DNA of 64,000 bases from Bacteriovoracaceae bacterium (lineage in GTDB: Bacteria; Bdellovibrionota; Bacteriovoracia; Bacteriovoracales; Bacteriovoracaceae), in the NCBI GenBank assembly GCA_041586955.1, contig JBFGZE010000003.1, positions 1 through 64,000 on the forward strand, written 5' to 3'. Below, piece after piece: positions 62,181 through 64,000 of this stretch. The notes beneath the pieces are model-generated. The model saw nothing but the letters and a program-made list of their open reading frames with translations. It was not told where the DNA came from and ran no database searches. The translations under genes and the position numbers were made by a program. Positions within the stretch are counted from its first letter, which is position 1. The number at the start of each line of letters is the position of its first letter.

Positions 62181-62678
62181 TTAAAGGTTCCAATGATATC
62201 CGGTTAGCTCAAGACTTACCTGAGGAGTTTCAAGCTTTACCATACCATTAACGGGAAATGGGCCCATCCAAATATGGCCTTGAGATTTTCGATATTCGAA
62301 GGGAACGAACGACTCATAGGGATTTGCTTGAATTGGTAACTTACACGTTTGGACACTTTGATTATAGATAGTGAGTTTCTCAATAACGCCACCAATTTGA
62401 ACACAACGTTGAATCACAAGCATCGCCAATTGTGGCGTGAAAACATCTTTCATCTCCACTGTCTCGTTTTCAACTTTAAGGATATTTCCTTGTGCATCTG
62501 CTGTTAACTTTTCCTCAATAAGAGCGTCAGTGCGAGTGTGATGAGTTTTGTATTCATTTTGTAAGTAGGCGATATGGCCTTGGTTTGAATAAACGGCATG
62601 TTGAATCCACTCTCCGACACGGTCATTTGCACTTAGTGAAGATGATAAAAGGGTCAGGACCAATAGAAGTCTTTTCAT
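62181..62678 (-). CDS. Exported hypothetical protein
   Basis: GGAGG RBS, signal peptide MKRLLLVLTLLSSSLSA, two Cys. Confidence 0.65.
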   Translation of the reverse strand: MKRLLLVLTLLSSSLSANDRVGEWIQHAVYSNQGHIAYLQNEYKTHHTRTDALIEEKLTADAQGNILKVENETVEMKDVFTPQLAMLVIQRCVQIGGVIEKLTIYNQSVQTCKLPIQANPYESFVPFEYRKSQGHIWMGPFPVNGMVKLETPQVSLELTGYHWNL

Positions 62679-62765
62679 TATTCCCTCCTGGAATAAAAGT
62701 AGATAATCCTTAGATAGGTCTAATTGTACCCGTAGACTGGTCAATAAACAATTGGATTGGGACTC

Positions 62766-62798
62766 AAAAAAAAAGCTTCCATCAGGAAGCCTTTTTTT
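62766..62798 (-). terminator. Intrinsic terminator after nuoI
   Basis: GCTTCC-TGAT-GGAAGC followed by nine T on the minus strand. Confidence 0.85.
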
Positions 62799-62819
62799 AT
62801 TTAAAATTTAAATCAATTA

Positions 62820-63356
62820 TTATTTATCAACAATACGATGCTTCCATGCTCGAATATCTGGAGCAAGGTAATCGTATTTCATTTCCGTTACCGTGTATTG
62901 AGAGAACTCATAATCAGTTGTGTGAGTAATACACTCAGTAGGACAAGCAGCAGTACAAAGGCCACAATAGCAACATAGAGCGGTATCGATCGTGTATTGC
63001 TTCAGGTCTAATTTAATGGCGGTCCCACCATCAGTTTTAATCTTGGGGGCATCTTTATCTCTTCTTACCGCAGTAATATAGATACAGTCGACTGGACAAG
63101 CATTTGCACACTGCATACAGGAGATACAATTATCAACATCGTTAAAAAGACGGCTACGAGAATTTGCAGGTAGCTCCTCTCTTACTTCCGGATATTCAAT
63201 CGTCACAGGTTTTACCCCATAAACATATTTAAATGTGATCCCCATACCTTTAGTGACTGTTCTGGCCGCAGTCCAAATATTTTTTAGCCATTTACCAAAG
63301 GTTAAAGGCTCTTCCTCTCGTAGGGGAGCTAAAGTAGATAAGTCCTTCGCATTCAT
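62820..63356 (-). CDS. nuoI: NADH-quinone oxidoreductase subunit I
   Basis: VTIEYPE; CISCMQCANACP and CCYCGLCTAACP. Confidence 0.92.
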   Translation of the reverse strand: MNAKDLSTLAPLREEEPLTFGKWLKNIWTAARTVTKGMGITFKYVYGVKPVTIEYPEVREELPANSRSRLFNDVDNCISCMQCANACPVDCIYITAVRRDKDAPKIKTDGGTAIKLDLKQYTIDTALCCYCGLCTAACPTECITHTTDYEFSQYTVTEMKYDYLAPDIRAWKHRIVDK

Positions 63357-64000
63357 CGATCAACCTCACCAAGTACGATATCAATAGAACCAATACTCGC
63401 CACAAAGTCAGCAATCATTTGACCCGGGGCCATTTCTCCAAGCATTGAAACATGGGTAAAACAAGAAGACTTCACCTTTAAACGGTAAGGAGTTTTTCCA
63501 CCGTCAGAAATCAGGTGGTAGCCTAATTCGCCACGAGGGCATTCTGTTCGCATATAAATTTCGCCAGCAGGAACCTTAATAATTTTTGGCACTTTACCAA
63601 TGATTGGTCCCTCTTCAATACCATCAAGGCATTGGCGAATGATTTTAATAGATTCAAACATTTCAAGAACTCGGACTTGATAACGATCCCAACAATCTCC
63701 GACTTGACCTTTTTCACCTTTACCAACAATCACATCAAAATCAAGTTCCTCATAAAGACCATAAGGGCGTTTCTTTCTGAGGTCCCAATCAATACCGCTA
63801 CCGCGAAGAACAGGCCCTGTTGCACCATAGCGATAGGCCATCTCTTCAGAAATGACACCGACATTAGCAGTTCGACCAATAAAGATGGCATTCCCACCAA
63901 CAAGAGTATGATACTTCTTGAGGTTTTCTTCCATCGTATCGCAAAACTTAGCAATTCTTCTTAATTGGTCATCGTTAATGTCATTCCAAACACCGCCAAT
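63353..64000 (-). CDS. nuoD: NADH-quinone oxidoreductase subunit D, 5'-partial
   Basis: TGPVLRGSG, GDCWDRY, ECPRGELG, C-terminal DIVLGEVDR; frame open to window edge. Confidence 0.95.
   Translation of the reverse strand: MGGVWNDINDDQLRRIAKFCDTMEENLKKYHTLVGGNAIFIGRTANVGVISEEMAYRYGATGPVLRGSGIDWDLRKKRPYGLYEELDFDVIVGKGEKGQVGDCWDRYQVRVLEMFESIKIIRQCLDGIEEGPIIGKVPKIIKVPAGEIYMRTECPRGELGYHLISDGGKTPYRLKVKSSCFTHVSMLGEMAPGQMIADFVASIGSIDIVLGEVDR

Noticed and set aside
1..64000. Many 60-150 aa ORFs overlapping recognised genes; CRISPR, tRNA, rRNA, IS or prophage
   Set aside because: Overlapping ORFs are shadow frames without motifs or RBS; no spaced repeats, RNA gene signatures, transposase or integrase seen by eye

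Overview
64 kb of gene-dense, AT-rich bacterial chromosome. Gene content and protein style suggest a Bdellovibrionota predator (Bacteriovorax/Halobacteriovorax-like); this is inference from recalled sequence similarity, not a search. Housekeeping genes: class IV aminotransferase, stand-alone rpsD, dtd, kdsB-pyrG-kdsA-kdsC-DUF493-gpsA, purB, manC, lysC, ettA, RlmI-like methyltransferase, feoAB, queD, nuoD-nuoI. Three regions stand out. (1) An ~18.3 kb, 14-gene minus-strand operon (40023-58302) joins a diheme cytochrome c and a narGHJI molybdoenzyme resembling the Nitrobacter-type Nxr/Nar clade directly to an alternative complex III (actA-F) with no oxygen-reductase genes, followed by two NarK transporters (one fused to DoxX) and a hemerythrin-like protein. 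(2) A two-gene operon (12731-17406) encodes two predicted exported proteins: a divergent L,D-transpeptidase-like protein and a 950-aa dikinase with glucan-water-dikinase domain order. (3) A degenerate Flp/Tad pilus locus (29283-33810) has a 55-aa pilin missed by the ORF track and is interrupted by an antisense transcription unit for a 42-aa very basic protein. No tRNA, rRNA, CRISPR array or mobile element was seen.
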